Of a stretch of 61,104 bases of DNA, positions 9,460 to 19,926 are shown one piece after another. Under the pieces are notes generated by a model that did no database searches, was not told the origin of the DNA, and saw only the letters and a program-made list of their open reading frames with translations. A program made the translations under genes and the position numbers. Origin of the DNA: Candidatus Woesebacteria bacterium (GTDB lineage Bacteria > Patescibacteriota > Microgenomatia > UBA8517). Each line of letters opens with the position of its first letter. The stretch's first letter is position 1. Location of the stretch: the NCBI GenBank assembly GCA_027347685.1, contig DAIEQM010000044.1:1-61104 (forward strand), in the 5' to 3' direction.

Positions 9460-10398
9460 TTAGATAGCAACACCGCCGTAAAAGATGAAGAGTACAATTC
9501 CCGTCCATAAAAATATGGAAATAATAAGTGCGGGGTCAGTTAAAAGTACTTTTTCGGGAGCCTCTGTTTTTTCTTGGAAAATAAGGGCTTCATAACGCAT
9601 GATTCCAAAGATAACGACTGGAATGGTAACCATTAACAGTTTGTTTACGGTTGTTGCCTTTGAAATTTCAGATAAGAAAAGCCACAATGGTTGCGCGGCG
9701 TGTGGGCTTTCAAAAAAAGCAAACAGTGCCCAGCTCATCCATGCAGAGTTTGCAAACATCGAGACATACGCATTAAGTGTATCTTTTGTGTATTTTGATA
9801 GGCTCTTCCTCGTTTGCCCGCTTCCCCCTGTCGCCCCAAATTCTGCCCTTCTTTTTCCGGATGCCAAAAAGAGCGAGGTTGCAATGACACAGAGTAAAAA
9901 CCACACTGATAAATGTGCGTTGATGATATACGCCCCCGCATAGATACGCAGCACAAATCCACTCGCGATGATAATAATGTCAACGACAGCAATATGCTTT
10001 AAGTACAGCGAGTACGCTACCTGAATCGCGAGATAAAGCAAAATGATAAGTGCAAAGAAGTCGGCAATGGAAAGAGCCAAAACGAGTGACATCACCGCGA
10101 GTGTGCAGCTATACAAAAGTGCAAGAGTTGGCTCAATCCGTCCCGCAGCAATTGGACGATTCTTCTTGGTGGGGTGTTGTTTGTCACGCTCACGATCCAA
10201 GATATCATTGAACACATATGAGGCTGAGGTTGCGAGGTTAAGTGCAAAGAAGGCTTCGAGTACGATAAGAAACACATTCCGTTCAAAAAGGAGCCCTGAA
10301 AAAATAAGAGCAGCGAACACCGCAACATTTTTTACCCAGTGGACTGGACGTGCGAGCCGGATAAGATCTGGTATTATTTTGATCGGGTCTTGAACCAT
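9460..10398 (-). CDS. UbiA-family decaprenyl-phosphate phosphoribosyltransferase-like protein
   Basis: RP.HWVKN, YVFNDILD...D..HP.KK.RPIAAG, YS..LKH, GFVLR..AG, KRR.E; start taken at MVQDP. Confidence 0.85.
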   Translation of the reverse strand: MVQDPIKIIPDLIRLARPVHWVKNVAVFAALIFSGLLFERNVFLIVLEAFFALNLATSASYVFNDILDRERDKQHPTKKNRPIAAGRIEPTLALLYSCTLAVMSLVLALSIADFFALIILLYLAIQVAYSLYLKHIAVVDIIIIASGFVLRIYAGAYIINAHLSVWFLLCVIATSLFLASGKRRAEFGATGGSGQTRKSLSKYTKDTLNAYVSMFANSAWMSWALFAFFESPHAAQPLWLFLSEISKATTVNKLLMVTIPVVIFGIMRYEALIFQEKTEAPEKVLLTDPALIISIFLWTGIVLFIFYGGVAI

Positions 10399-11438
10399 AA
10401 GAAAAATCCTCCTAAACCAATTGTTACTCCTAATATAGTATACAGCTTGTCGGCTGCATGGATGTTTAACGCGATTGCGCCGAGAAGCGCAGTTGCACCC
10501 CAATACATAAATGCCGTTTGCTCTTGGGTTAGCCCGAGCTGCATCAGCTTGTGATGTAGATGAGACTTGTCTCCCCACACGGGAGATTTCCCCTCAATAA
10601 TTCTCCGTATGACAATATATGTCGTATCAATAAGTGGAACCCCCATTACCACAAGTAACGTTCCTACTTTTGTCGTGGTCAGAATTGCCAAAATTGCCAG
10701 CACATATCCGGCAACGGTGGAGCCTCCAAATCCCGGCATAATTCGTTGAGGGAAAATATGCCAGGGAAGAAATCCAATATATGCACCCGATAAAATGCTG
10801 GCTAAAATAATTACCGGCCACTCAGCAATATCGGCAGAAAATTGAAGAGATAAAAGAGCCACAATAATCGCGGCAATTCCCACTACTCCCGATAGTTGCC
10901 CCGGTACTCCCTTTGCTCCTAAATTCACAAAATTCATAAGGCTTACAATCCACACAAATGCAAAAAAGTCGGAAATAACCCAAATAGTTCTCATTTCTCC
11001 GAAAAGAAAGAAAGAAATCTGCGGATGTGAGAGATCAATGATTCCTCCGAACGGATTGGTGATATAGGCAATTCCAATTCCTGAAACAATGGGAAGAAGT
11101 GCCGCAATACTCATCACGACAAGCCTGATATAGGGATGCAAATTATATTTGTCATCGAGGACTCCGAGTACAGTAAGGACTATTACCCCAAGTAAGATTG
11201 CTTTCATATGAGAGTCAAGGGGTAAGAACAATAAGGAGCTCAATATAAGAGCGGTTGAAATACCCAGTGCTCCCGCCCGTGGCGTTGGTTTAGTATGAAT
11301 TACCTTTACATGCTTATTTTTTTGGGGATCGTCAATCAAATCGAAACGTTTTGCGAATGCGATGGAAATGGGAGTAAGTAAAAAAGACAATAAGAAAGCA
11401 AAAATAAATGGAATAAAAATGAGAAGGCTTGTTTCCAT
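10374..11438 (-). CDS. MraY/WecA/TagO-type polyprenyl-phosphate GlcNAc-1-phosphate transferase
   Basis: H..PTPR.G, GVLDD, D..HLHH.L motifs, about 11 TM helices. Confidence 0.88.
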   Translation of the reverse strand: METSLLIFIPFIFAFLLSFLLTPISIAFAKRFDLIDDPQKNKHVKVIHTKPTPRAGALGISTALILSSLLFLPLDSHMKAILLGVIVLTVLGVLDDKYNLHPYIRLVVMSIAALLPIVSGIGIAYITNPFGGIIDLSHPQISFFLFGEMRTIWVISDFFAFVWIVSLMNFVNLGAKGVPGQLSGVVGIAAIIVALLSLQFSADIAEWPVIILASILSGAYIGFLPWHIFPQRIMPGFGGSTVAGYVLAILAILTTTKVGTLLVVMGVPLIDTTYIVIRRIIEGKSPVWGDKSHLHHKLMQLGLTQEQTAFMYWGATALLGAIALNIHAADKLYTILGVTIGLGGFFLWFKTRSK

Positions 11439-11445
11439 AGGCGAT

Positions 11446-11790
11446 TTAAAAATTTCCAACCAAAAAGAGAATCTTAAAGACAGTCACTGTCGAAAGTACG
11501 GTAAGAACACACAAAGAGAGCACGAGGAGTGTTTCGAGGAAATTATCTTTATAGGCTTTATTGATAAGAATGGTCGTGATGAGTGCGACGAGTACAAAGC
11601 TTGGAGGTATAAAGACACCTTTTGCCGGTCCGAGTTGTTCAACTCCTGTCGGATTTCCATAATACAGCGGAACAAGCGGTGGAATTTTTGACCAGTTGAG
11701 ATAGATGAAAAGAAGCGTAGCCACGTTTATGAAAAAAACGATGCCCAAGGTCTTTTTCCACTGCAAGACTCCGTCTAAAAATATCTTCAT
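11446..11790 (-). CDS. Small membrane protein (DUF1648-like)
   Basis: IPP.VPLYYG...G motif after TM1, three TM segments. Confidence 0.6.
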   Translation of the reverse strand: MKIFLDGVLQWKKTLGIVFFINVATLLFIYLNWSKIPPLVPLYYGNPTGVEQLGPAKGVFIPPSFVLVALITTILINKAYKDNFLETLLVLSLCVLTVLSTVTVFKILFLVGNF

Positions 11791-13241
11791 TGGCTTGTAT
11801 TGTACCAAATTGATGAGCCGTGAGGCGACTGTGCCTGTGTGTAGTTAGTTTCTACAAACTGTTGTAATGCTAAAAATGGCTGAGCTTCATCGAGAATAAT
11901 AATAAGCTTTGGTTTTGTGGCCTGAATTTCGGCGTAGGTTTCTGCTTCAGAAGAAAAATCATGAATATGATAATCGGCTACATATTTGATTGGAGGAACT
12001 CTCCGAGAGAGTGCATAAATTGAGGCACTGTCCCCCCATACAAAAATACGGTCAGTCGGCTTTGTTGTTTGCGTTACAAATCGTGCAATTTCATAATTTC
12101 TACTTACAACCGGGCTAAATTTATCAAAGTATGCATCTTGTCCTTGTGTTACCAGTGTTCCCAATCGATCAAAATAGAGACTGGTCGAATATTGCCAAAA
12201 GTTAAAATACACTGCAACGAAAAAAACGAGTGAAAGTGGAAAAATAACTAATACTTGTTCCAGTGTTTCATCTGTTACCAGGAGGCCCATGAGAAGCGAC
12301 AGACTGGGAATAATTTGGACAAAATAATGTGGATACGGTCGTTCAGAAAGCGTTGCTGCAAAAAGGCTGGTAATAAGCCATGCGCAGGCTATAAGGAATG
12401 GTTTGCTCCGTTTTTTCCTGAAAACAAAAAGCACCAAAAATCCGACTGCTGCCAAAAATGCTCTTATAAGAAGTGGCCCATTTTTACTGATAAAGGAAAC
12501 TTGTGTGGAACTAGGGCGCCAGCTACTTACATAGCCAAAGTTTTGCAGGAATGCTGCTACTAAGTATTCATGGAAAGCACCTCTTAAGTAATACCAAACA
12601 AAAGTAATAATGATGAGTGCACTTACTCCACCAATAAGTATTGCTGTTTTAATAATAAACTCTCGCAGTGAAGCTTTCCTAAACTGAAGCGCAAAGAGCC
12701 AGACTGCAACAATCGCTCCCACATCAAAGATTGACGGTATTTTAAAAAGAGACGCTATACCTAAAAATATCCCAGCCAAAAATACCGAACGATACCTATT
12801 CCCTTTTAACACCAAGAGCAGTGCAATAAGAGTTGGCAGAATCATGAAAAGCTCAGCGTTTGCAACAAACCCTTCTAACAAAGGAAGACTCGTAAAAAAT
12901 GCAAACAAAAGCGTTGCGGCCTTTACGGTATTTGGGTTTTTAACGAGTGTTTTCGTCAGATGCCAGAACACAACAATGGTTGCAATCATCCACATACATA
13001 AGATTGCTCGAAACCAGAAGACATTGCCTGCTATGGCCGCTAGAAAATACAACAGTGGAGGTTTGTTGTCATGGATTTCCTTGTAGAGAATGAGTCCTCT
13101 TCGAATCCCCTCTCCAAGGCTTAGATAAATCATTTCGTCGCCATAGTAGAACGGCTCAAAAAGAGAGGGAATACGTACGACAAAGACAGCAACAAGAGAA
13201 AGTGTCAGCCAATGAGGAATTTTCAGCCACGTAAGTTTCAT
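11787..13241 (-). CDS. GT-C fold glycosyltransferase (ArnT/PMT-like)
   Basis: GDE..Y, D.KPP, NAELF, YPHY motifs and many TMs. Confidence 0.85.
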   Translation of the reverse strand: MKLTWLKIPHWLTLSLVAVFVVRIPSLFEPFYYGDEMIYLSLGEGIRRGLILYKEIHDNKPPLLYFLAAIAGNVFWFRAILCMWMIATIVVFWHLTKTLVKNPNTVKAATLLFAFFTSLPLLEGFVANAELFMILPTLIALLLVLKGNRYRSVFLAGIFLGIASLFKIPSIFDVGAIVAVWLFALQFRKASLREFIIKTAILIGGVSALIIITFVWYYLRGAFHEYLVAAFLQNFGYVSSWRPSSTQVSFISKNGPLLIRAFLAAVGFLVLFVFRKKRSKPFLIACAWLITSLFAATLSERPYPHYFVQIIPSLSLLMGLLVTDETLEQVLVIFPLSLVFFVAVYFNFWQYSTSLYFDRLGTLVTQGQDAYFDKFSPVVSRNYEIARFVTQTTKPTDRIFVWGDSASIYALSRRVPPIKYVADYHIHDFSSEAETYAEIQATKPKLIIILDEAQPFLALQQFVETNYTQAQSPHGSSIWYNTSQ

Positions 13242-13282
13242 ACCTAACTTTAACACAAAAGAGACGGGAGTCCGCTAAACTT

Positions 13283-14773
13283 TTAAACTTTTTCAGTAAC
13301 CTTGTACTCGATATATTTTCCAAGCATGAGGCGAGTATGTGCATCGAGTCCAGGAAGCGCACCAAAGAAAAACCCGGTGATAGGCATCAATATAAACTCG
13401 AACGGAATTAAGAGGGCACGCCAGAGTGGAAAAGTAGCCGGACGTGGTGGTTTATAAATATTATCGAAAATAATCATGATGACCAAAAACACCAAAGCGA
13501 TGGTGAGCAGAAATGAAGACACCTGCGGAACTAAATATCCAAGCGTTGTTCTGCCAAATGCAGGATTTAAAAGCGTTGGCAGCGTGAGTCCAATTGTAAT
13601 GATAAACCAGTTTACCGGCCACAAAAAGTGAGACATCAGGACAAAAATAAGCCGTGTGGTTTTATCCCAAAATGGCACTCCTGGTGTTAAAAAATAATTT
13701 TTAATAATCCACGGATCATCACTTGCTCCCCACGCCCATCGCTTGAGCTGTTCATATTGATTTTTGAGAGTTCCCCAAAACGTTTTACTCTCCGCAGCAT
13801 CGGTATAGAGCGGAAGATAGATGGGCTCTACTTCAATCCCCCCTTTCATTTTATAAAATGCTTTGAAAAATATTCCCCAATCTTCTGGGATTTTGTCTGC
13901 ATCCCAATAATCAACTTCATGGAGGAGCTTTAAAGAAAGTGAATAATTCTGGCCATTAATTAAACGATCGCGTCTCGGGAGTTGTGACAAATTCCAAATA
14001 GACATAAAGGTGTTTGGCACCCGAGTAAGTGCTGGCAAATTCCAGATGTTGTTGTAGAAAAATACGGCAGGTTGCCAAAAACGAAGATATCTTTTGGGAT
14101 TATCTAAGAATTTATAGGTGAGAGCTGCATAATGGTTTTTGTGAAACACGTGATCAGCGTCACAGCTTGTCACCGTAATGTATGAGATATCCTCTCCCTC
14201 TTCATCAACGAGCAGTTTTTTTATTTCAATTGCGGCATAGCGCTCGTTTGATGCTTTCCCGACCACTTCCCCATGCGTGAGCGTATGAACGGTTACCAAA
14301 AAATCGCGAAATACCCCATTAAATATTTTTTTAAGCTCGGCAACTTTCTCTTCTCTTTCCTCTTTTGGCTCTTTTGTCTCCATGGCGAGAACTACGGTAA
14401 TTTGTTTTGTTGGGAGCGTTTGCTTGGCGAGTGAATCGATGGTGCGAATTAGTGTTTTAAGGGGCTCCTTATATGTTGGAATAATTACGACATTGTTAAC
14501 GCGTTCCCAATCGGGAAACAGCGGGAGATCTGATACCCAGTCATATTTCATAGAGGCTTGCATTCGAAGATGTGAAATCGTGGCGCTAATGGCAATGGTG
14601 AACGACTGATAAAACCAATAAATGTTAAAGATGAGTACAAAGTAAGCCACCGCCGAAGGCATAACGAAAATTCCCCAGTAAGGAAAAAGAATGATATTCC
14701 ACGAAACAAACCCTGGTAAAATTTCCAGGAGGCGCAAAACAAGCTTCTCGTGTTTGGTAACCCATTTGTTCAT
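13283..14773 (-). CDS. Membrane-embedded GT2 family glycosyltransferase
   Basis: IPTYKE, GKASN, DAD, ED and Q..RW motifs; start uncertain (14773 avoids overlap with next gene). Confidence 0.88.
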   Translation of the reverse strand: MNKWVTKHEKLVLRLLEILPGFVSWNIILFPYWGIFVMPSAVAYFVLIFNIYWFYQSFTIAISATISHLRMQASMKYDWVSDLPLFPDWERVNNVVIIPTYKEPLKTLIRTIDSLAKQTLPTKQITVVLAMETKEPKEEREEKVAELKKIFNGVFRDFLVTVHTLTHGEVVGKASNERYAAIEIKKLLVDEEGEDISYITVTSCDADHVFHKNHYAALTYKFLDNPKRYLRFWQPAVFFYNNIWNLPALTRVPNTFMSIWNLSQLPRRDRLINGQNYSLSLKLLHEVDYWDADKIPEDWGIFFKAFYKMKGGIEVEPIYLPLYTDAAESKTFWGTLKNQYEQLKRWAWGASDDPWIIKNYFLTPGVPFWDKTTRLIFVLMSHFLWPVNWFIITIGLTLPTLLNPAFGRTTLGYLVPQVSSFLLTIALVFLVIMIIFDNIYKPPRPATFPLWRALLIPFEFILMPITGFFFGALPGLDAHTRLMLGKYIEYKVTEKV

Positions 14774-14798
14774 AAGGCGTTGTGAAGTATATTTTACC

Positions 14799-15152
14799 TT
14801 ATTTTCCGACAATTGCCCTAATTCTGCTACTAATTTTCTCAGCCCACTCATTTGCTTCAAGAACTCTCCAAGCAAGTTCAATGCCAGGGCGGGTGACGAT
14901 GTCTTGCATCGAGGCTATGGTTGCACTACTTACTTTAATTTGTTCCTTCATCTCCTTATAACTTCGTTTGCGCTTGAGCCAATACAAAATAGCAAGTCTC
15001 TTTGAAAACACTTCAAGCTCCTTTTTACTAAAAAAGTCTTCCAAAAATGTCTCCATTTCTTTTTCGGAGTGGATGTCTGTCAGAAGCTGGGGAAGGAGGT
15101 GTAGAATTTCCTCCCGTAACTCAGGGTCGAGTGGCGAATCTGATGTTCTCAT
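14799..15152 (-). CDS. TrpR/YerC/YecD-like HTH protein
   Basis: FLED.FS..E....KRL.I...L....SY..........VSSATIA. Confidence 0.85.
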   Translation of the reverse strand: MRTSDSPLDPELREEILHLLPQLLTDIHSEKEMETFLEDFFSKKELEVFSKRLAILYWLKRKRSYKEMKEQIKVSSATIASMQDIVTRPGIELAWRVLEANEWAEKISSRIRAIVGK

Positions 15153-15180
15153 GGGCAGAGCGATTTAAATAATTAAACCA

Positions 15181-15555
15181 CTAGTTTAGGTTTCTTGCAA
15201 AGCTCACAAAGCATACACCAACAGCAATAACCAACACTATATTAAGAAGGCTTGCCATTTGGAGTATTCGTAAAACTACAATCCCAATGATAGTTATTGC
15301 AATAATAAAAGAAATTATCACTGAAAAATGTAACAATCGGAAGAAACTCCAGATCAATACTCCAAGAGAAATAAAAAATAAGCTTACCATGAACATATTT
15401 TCGGGAGAGGTGAAGAAAACAAGGAATGCACACAGTATGAGACTCGCAACACTCAAGATCAAAATGCCCGTTACTGGAGGGAGTTTAATTTGTTTGGTTA
15501 TTTTTGCCCTTTCGTGTTTTCTTCTTGTGGTAGTATGAGTATGTGGAAATTGCAT
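15181..15555 (-). CDS. Hypothetical 4-TM membrane protein
   Basis: AAGGAG SD 5 nt before ATG; four hydrophobic segments. Confidence 0.65.
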   Translation of the reverse strand: MQFPHTHTTTRRKHERAKITKQIKLPPVTGILILSVASLILCAFLVFFTSPENMFMVSLFFISLGVLIWSFFRLLHFSVIISFIIAITIIGIVVLRILQMASLLNIVLVIAVGVCFVSFARNLN

Positions 15556-16496
15556 TGATTCTCCTTACTATTATTGCAGGATTTGTCATTCTTGGATATC
15601 TCGTTAATAAAAAGAGTGGAACCGCTCCGGAACTTATTGAAATAGTTAAGATGCTTCAAAATGCTTCATCTTCTGATCGTCAAGTACTCCTGGAAAGTTT
15701 GGCCAGAAGCAATGAATCTCTGAATGCTCGACTTGACTCGTCTGCTCGACTTCTTTCGGATGTTCAGCGAAATGTTGGAGAAATGAGTGAAATTGGTCGC
15801 TCCATGCGCGACTTGCAAGTGTTCTTAAGAAGCCCAAAGCTGCGCGGAAATGTGGGTGAGCATGTATTAAAAGAGCTTTTGTCACAGTCACTTCCAAAAG
15901 GAAGTTTTCATCTACAATATGCATTTCACTCCGGGGAAAAAGTTGATGCAGCGATTCAAACCAGTGGTGGCATTATCCCGATTGATTCCAAGTTTCCTCT
16001 GGAGAATTTTCAAAAGATGATGGCGTCAAAAACAGACGAAGAAAAGGCCGAAGCCAATAAACTCTTCGTGAGGGATATAAAAATACACATCGACTCAATT
16101 GCCAAAAAGTATATTGTCCCCGCGGAAGGCACAATTGATTATGCCCTTATGTATGTTCCTTCAGAAGCGGTGTATTACGAAGTGGTAAACAGCGAAACAC
16201 TATTTGAATATGCGAATACCCGCCGCATACTCCCCGTGTCCCCTACAACCTTTTATGCTTATCTAAAAGCAATTCTTATGAGTTTTGAAGGACAAAAAGT
16301 AGAAGCACAAGCCAAAGAAATTCTCTCGGCTCTCCGGGCCATCAAAACGGATTACACAAAGGTAGAAGAAAACCTCACCACCCTTCAAAAGCATCTTACG
16401 AATGCTTCAAATATGATGAATTCAGTTGTGGGAGGGTTTAGCGCTTTGGGGCAAAAAATAAGTAATACGAGGGAACTCAAGGATAAATTGACATAA
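15543..16496 (+). CDS. rmuC: DNA recombination protein RmuC
   Basis: RG..GE..L, VDA, IPIDSKFP, I..KYI.P..GT.DYA.MYVPSE. Confidence 0.93.
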   Translation: MEIALILLTIIAGFVILGYLVNKKSGTAPELIEIVKMLQNASSSDRQVLLESLARSNESLNARLDSSARLLSDVQRNVGEMSEIGRSMRDLQVFLRSPKLRGNVGEHVLKELLSQSLPKGSFHLQYAFHSGEKVDAAIQTSGGIIPIDSKFPLENFQKMMASKTDEEKAEANKLFVRDIKIHIDSIAKKYIVPAEGTIDYALMYVPSEAVYYEVVNSETLFEYANTRRILPVSPTTFYAYLKAILMSFEGQKVEAQAKEILSALRAIKTDYTKVEENLTTLQKHLTNASNMMNSVVGGFSALGQKISNTRELKDKLT

Positions 16497-16500
16497 AAAT

Positions 16501-16522
16501 CCCTGCCTTAGAAAAGGCAGGG
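16501..16522 (-). terminator. Intrinsic terminator between rmuC and the convergent lipoprotein gene
   Basis: CCCTGCCTT/AAGGCAGGG stem with adjacent A-tract. Confidence 0.7.
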
Positions 16523-16553
16523 CCTCAAACCTACGTAGCAGTGCTTTCAGATG

Positions 16554-16958
16554 TTACTGTGCTTGCTTCCACGGCGGGGTTTGGGTTGTCTCAATATCGG
16601 CGAGACGGAGAGACTTCAGTCTGTAAGTGCGAATACCCTCACCTTCGGGATCACAGCCACTGAGACCCAACACATCAGTATCTGCTTCGCCAATGCTCAG
16701 CGATGTGTACTCAATCGTTGCAAAGGCTTGAAACTCTTTATAGAGCGTAGCGTTTGCAATGACCGCTGGGTCTTTTGTGCAATATCCAGAGGTGATATCT
16801 GTTCTTACCCAAATGATGGTAGTGCCGCTCTTGCGCTGCTCAACGTTGGTAATAACGTCTGTGACGCTGCCGCCTGTTACGGCTTGCGCTCCTTGGCATC
16901 CTGCCAGAGCAAAAAGTGCTAACACGAGTAACACACCAATGCGGTAAGTGATCTTCAT
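16554..16958 (-). CDS. Hypothetical lipoprotein
   Basis: Signal peptide with LAGC lipobox; AAGGAGG SD; TTGACA-17-TAACAT promoter. Confidence 0.75.
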   Translation of the reverse strand: MKITYRIGVLLVLALFALAGCQGAQAVTGGSVTDVITNVEQRKSGTTIIWVRTDITSGYCTKDPAVIANATLYKEFQAFATIEYTSLSIGEADTDVLGLSGCDPEGEGIRTYRLKSLRLADIETTQTPPWKQAQ

Positions 16959-17037
16959 TCTGCACGCCTCCTTACACCGAACGAAGATGCAATGTTACCC
17001 CATAACATGTTTTTTGTCAATGATATAATGCTTTCAC

Positions 17038-19896
17038 ATGGAGAAAAAACTCAATACGTCACAGCTTGAAGCGGTTACTCATGGAGAAGGACCGCTTCTT
17101 ATTATTGCTGGTGCTGGAACGGGAAAAACAACCGTAATTACCGAGCGTGTTAAACACCTTATTTCTGAAGGTTTGGCCACGCCGTCTGAAATATTGGCTC
17201 TCACATTTACTGAAAAAGCAGCCAACGAAATGGAAGGAAGAATCGATGAAGCACTCCCCTTGGGATACGCACAAATGTGGGTAATGACCTTTCACAGTTT
17301 TTGTGACCGAATTTTGAGACAAGATGGGTTTCATATTGGGCTCGATACCAAGTTTCGCTTAATGACTACTGCAGATTCTCTTGATCTTCTAAAGAGAAAT
17401 TTATATTTGCTTGGACTTGATTATTTTGCCCCTCTGGGGAACCCTACCAAGTTTTTGAGCGGACTGTTGTCTCACTTCTCTCGACTCCAAGATGAAAACG
17501 TCACTCCTGATGAGTACCTCGATTGGGCTCAGAAATATGAACAAGAAAATGGTAATAAATCAGAGGAAGAAAAGCTCGAATCGTTGAAGTGGAAAGAGCT
17601 TTCTGAAGTCTACAAAAAATACGAAGAATTAAAAATCAAAAATTCGCTCTTTGATTTTGGTGATCTAATTACCAAAACAATATTGTTATTTGAGAAACGG
17701 TCCAATGTGCTTTTGGAATACCAAAAAAAGTTTAAATATATATTGGTTGATGAGTTTCAGGACACCAACTATGCTCAAAATAAATTGGTAACGCTGCTTA
17801 CCGGGAGAGATGGAAACATTACGGTTGTAGGAGATGATGATCAGAGCATTTATCGCTTCCGGGGCGCTGCAGTCTCCAATATGCTTCAATTTCGTGAACA
17901 TTTCCCAAGCACCAAAATTGTAACTTTGACTGACAATTATCGTTCAAAACAAACTATTTTGACCGCCGCTCATACCCTTATTTCACATAACAATCCAGAT
18001 CGATTGGAGGTAATAGAGAAAATTGATAAAAAGCTTGTTTCACATGTTGAGGGACTGGGGAAGATTGAACTTACAAATCCTCAAGAGAGTAGAGACGAGG
18101 CAGACTTTGTTTCAAAGAAAATACTTGAACTTAAAGACACATACGACTTTTCTGATTTTGCCGTCCTGGTGCGCGCAAATAATCACGCTGAAAGTTTTGT
18201 AAGAAGCTTTGAACAAACCGGTATCCCGTATCAGTTTTTAGGCCCCGGTAAATTATTTTCTGAGCTTGAAATTGTGGATCTGTTTTCATATCTGCGCGTT
18301 GTCGCTGATATTCACAACGATGCAGCGCTCTACCGGGTTCTCTCGTCTGAAGTTTTTGCAATAGACCCGCTTTCCCTTGCTAAAATGTCATCTAAAGCAC
18401 GCCATGAGCAATTATTCCTCTTTGACTCACTGGAGATTGACTCAACGGCTGAGAGCCCTGACTCTGAAAAAATTCTATCACTCCTCACCCTCATCACCGA
18501 TCATGTAAAACGATCTCGTGACGAGTCCATTATTTCACTTCTTCTCGAATATCTTGAAAAAAGTGGTCTGCGAGAGAATCTTATTAAGGAAGACTCTATG
18601 GAGTCATTGAAGAAAATTCAAAACATTGAAAAGTTCCTCGGAAAAATTAAATCGTTTGAAATCAATAACGCAAAAGCGTCATTCTCTGAGATTGTTGACT
18701 GGATCGATCTTCAAACTGAAATCAATGAGTCTCCTTCAGCCGCCGAAGTTGAAATAGGCGAGGAGGATAAGGTAAATATCCTCACAGTTCACTCTTCAAA
18801 AGGGCTTGAGTTTCCCGTAGTGTTTCTCGTAAACCTTGTGTCACAGCGCTTTCCCTCAATGGAGCGACGTGAGCAAATTCCTATTCCTGACGCTCTGATT
18901 CGTGAAGTATTGCCTTCGGGAGATTTTCATTTACAAGAGGAGCGCAGGCTTTTTTATGTAGGACTAACACGAGCAAAGAACGAAGTGTATTTAACTGGCG
19001 CAAAATTTTATGGCGATGGAAAAAGAGAGAAGAAATTGTCGCCTTTTGTAGTCGAAACATTGGGTGAGCTGCGACCCAATGAATTCAGCTCAAAAATACT
19101 TGAAAAAATAGAAGTTGTAAAGCAACATTCCCTGCCACAAAAATTCGCGTTAAAAAGTATTAGTTATTCGCAAATAGAAAAGTTCAAAGTGTGCCCTCTG
19201 CACTATAAACTAAATTATATTTTGAAGCTTCCCACTCCACCCTCAGCTGCACAAAGTTTTGGAGTGAGCTTCCATGCAACCTTAAAAGATTTTTATGACC
19301 ATGTTGCTTTGGGAAGTGAACCCACAAAGGCACTTCTCAACGACTTACTTAGCAAGAATTGGATCCGTGAAGGATATAGTTCAAAAGAACACCTAGACAA
19401 AACCTATCAAAAAGCGAGTAGCTTCTTGGAATACTACTTTGATACCTGGTTTGATAGTAAGACAAAACCGATTGCACTTGAGCAACCTTTCTCCTTTAGA
19501 ATTGAAGACCTTTCGGTAAAGGGAAAGATTGACCGTATCGATGAAACTCCAACCGGCATTCATATTATTGACTATAAAACCGGGAGCAATGCAATGACGC
19601 AAAAGGAAGCCGACTCGGCACTTCAGCTTTCTATCTATGCGCTCGCTGCGACTAAAATTCCTGAGGCTCCTTTTCATCGAAAGCCCACCGACATAACGCT
19701 CTCTTTGATGTATTTTGATACGAAAGAAATAGTAACAACACACCGAACTGCTACTCAGCTTAAAGAGGCTGAAGAAGAAATTTTGGATTGGGCGTTGAAG
19801 ATTTCTGAAAGCGACTTTAGTTGTAGTGGAAACTTTTTGTGTGGAAACTGCGAATATAAAAGTTATTGTGCCGCTTCTCTCAATTCTTCTGATTGA
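17038..19896 (+). CDS. UvrD/PcrA-type SF1A helicase fused to a C-terminal PD-(D/E)XK nuclease with putative 4Fe-4S cysteines
   Basis: AGAGTGKT, DEFQD, GDDDQSIY.FRGA, TVH..KGLEF, EERRLFYV..TRA; then SYS...CP, G.IDRID, IIDYKTG, QL..Y, CxxCxxxxxC. Confidence 0.93.
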   Translation: MEKKLNTSQLEAVTHGEGPLLIIAGAGTGKTTVITERVKHLISEGLATPSEILALTFTEKAANEMEGRIDEALPLGYAQMWVMTFHSFCDRILRQDGFHIGLDTKFRLMTTADSLDLLKRNLYLLGLDYFAPLGNPTKFLSGLLSHFSRLQDENVTPDEYLDWAQKYEQENGNKSEEEKLESLKWKELSEVYKKYEELKIKNSLFDFGDLITKTILLFEKRSNVLLEYQKKFKYILVDEFQDTNYAQNKLVTLLTGRDGNITVVGDDDQSIYRFRGAAVSNMLQFREHFPSTKIVTLTDNYRSKQTILTAAHTLISHNNPDRLEVIEKIDKKLVSHVEGLGKIELTNPQESRDEADFVSKKILELKDTYDFSDFAVLVRANNHAESFVRSFEQTGIPYQFLGPGKLFSELEIVDLFSYLRVVADIHNDAALYRVLSSEVFAIDPLSLAKMSSKARHEQLFLFDSLEIDSTAESPDSEKILSLLTLITDHVKRSRDESIISLLLEYLEKSGLRENLIKEDSMESLKKIQNIEKFLGKIKSFEINNAKASFSEIVDWIDLQTEINESPSAAEVEIGEEDKVNILTVHSSKGLEFPVVFLVNLVSQRFPSMERREQIPIPDALIREVLPSGDFHLQEERRLFYVGLTRAKNEVYLTGAKFYGDGKREKKLSPFVVETLGELRPNEFSSKILEKIEVVKQHSLPQKFALKSISYSQIEKFKVCPLHYKLNYILKLPTPPSAAQSFGVSFHATLKDFYDHVALGSEPTKALLNDLLSKNWIREGYSSKEHLDKTYQKASSFLEYYFDTWFDSKTKPIALEQPFSFRIEDLSVKGKIDRIDETPTGIHIIDYKTGSNAMTQKEADSALQLSIYALAATKIPEAPFHRKPTDITLSLMYFDTKEIVTTHRTATQLKEAEEEILDWALKISESDFSCSGNFLCGNCEYKSYCAASLNSSD

Positions 19897-19926
19897 AAAA
19901 TTCTCATTTTGTCTCACAATGAAAAC

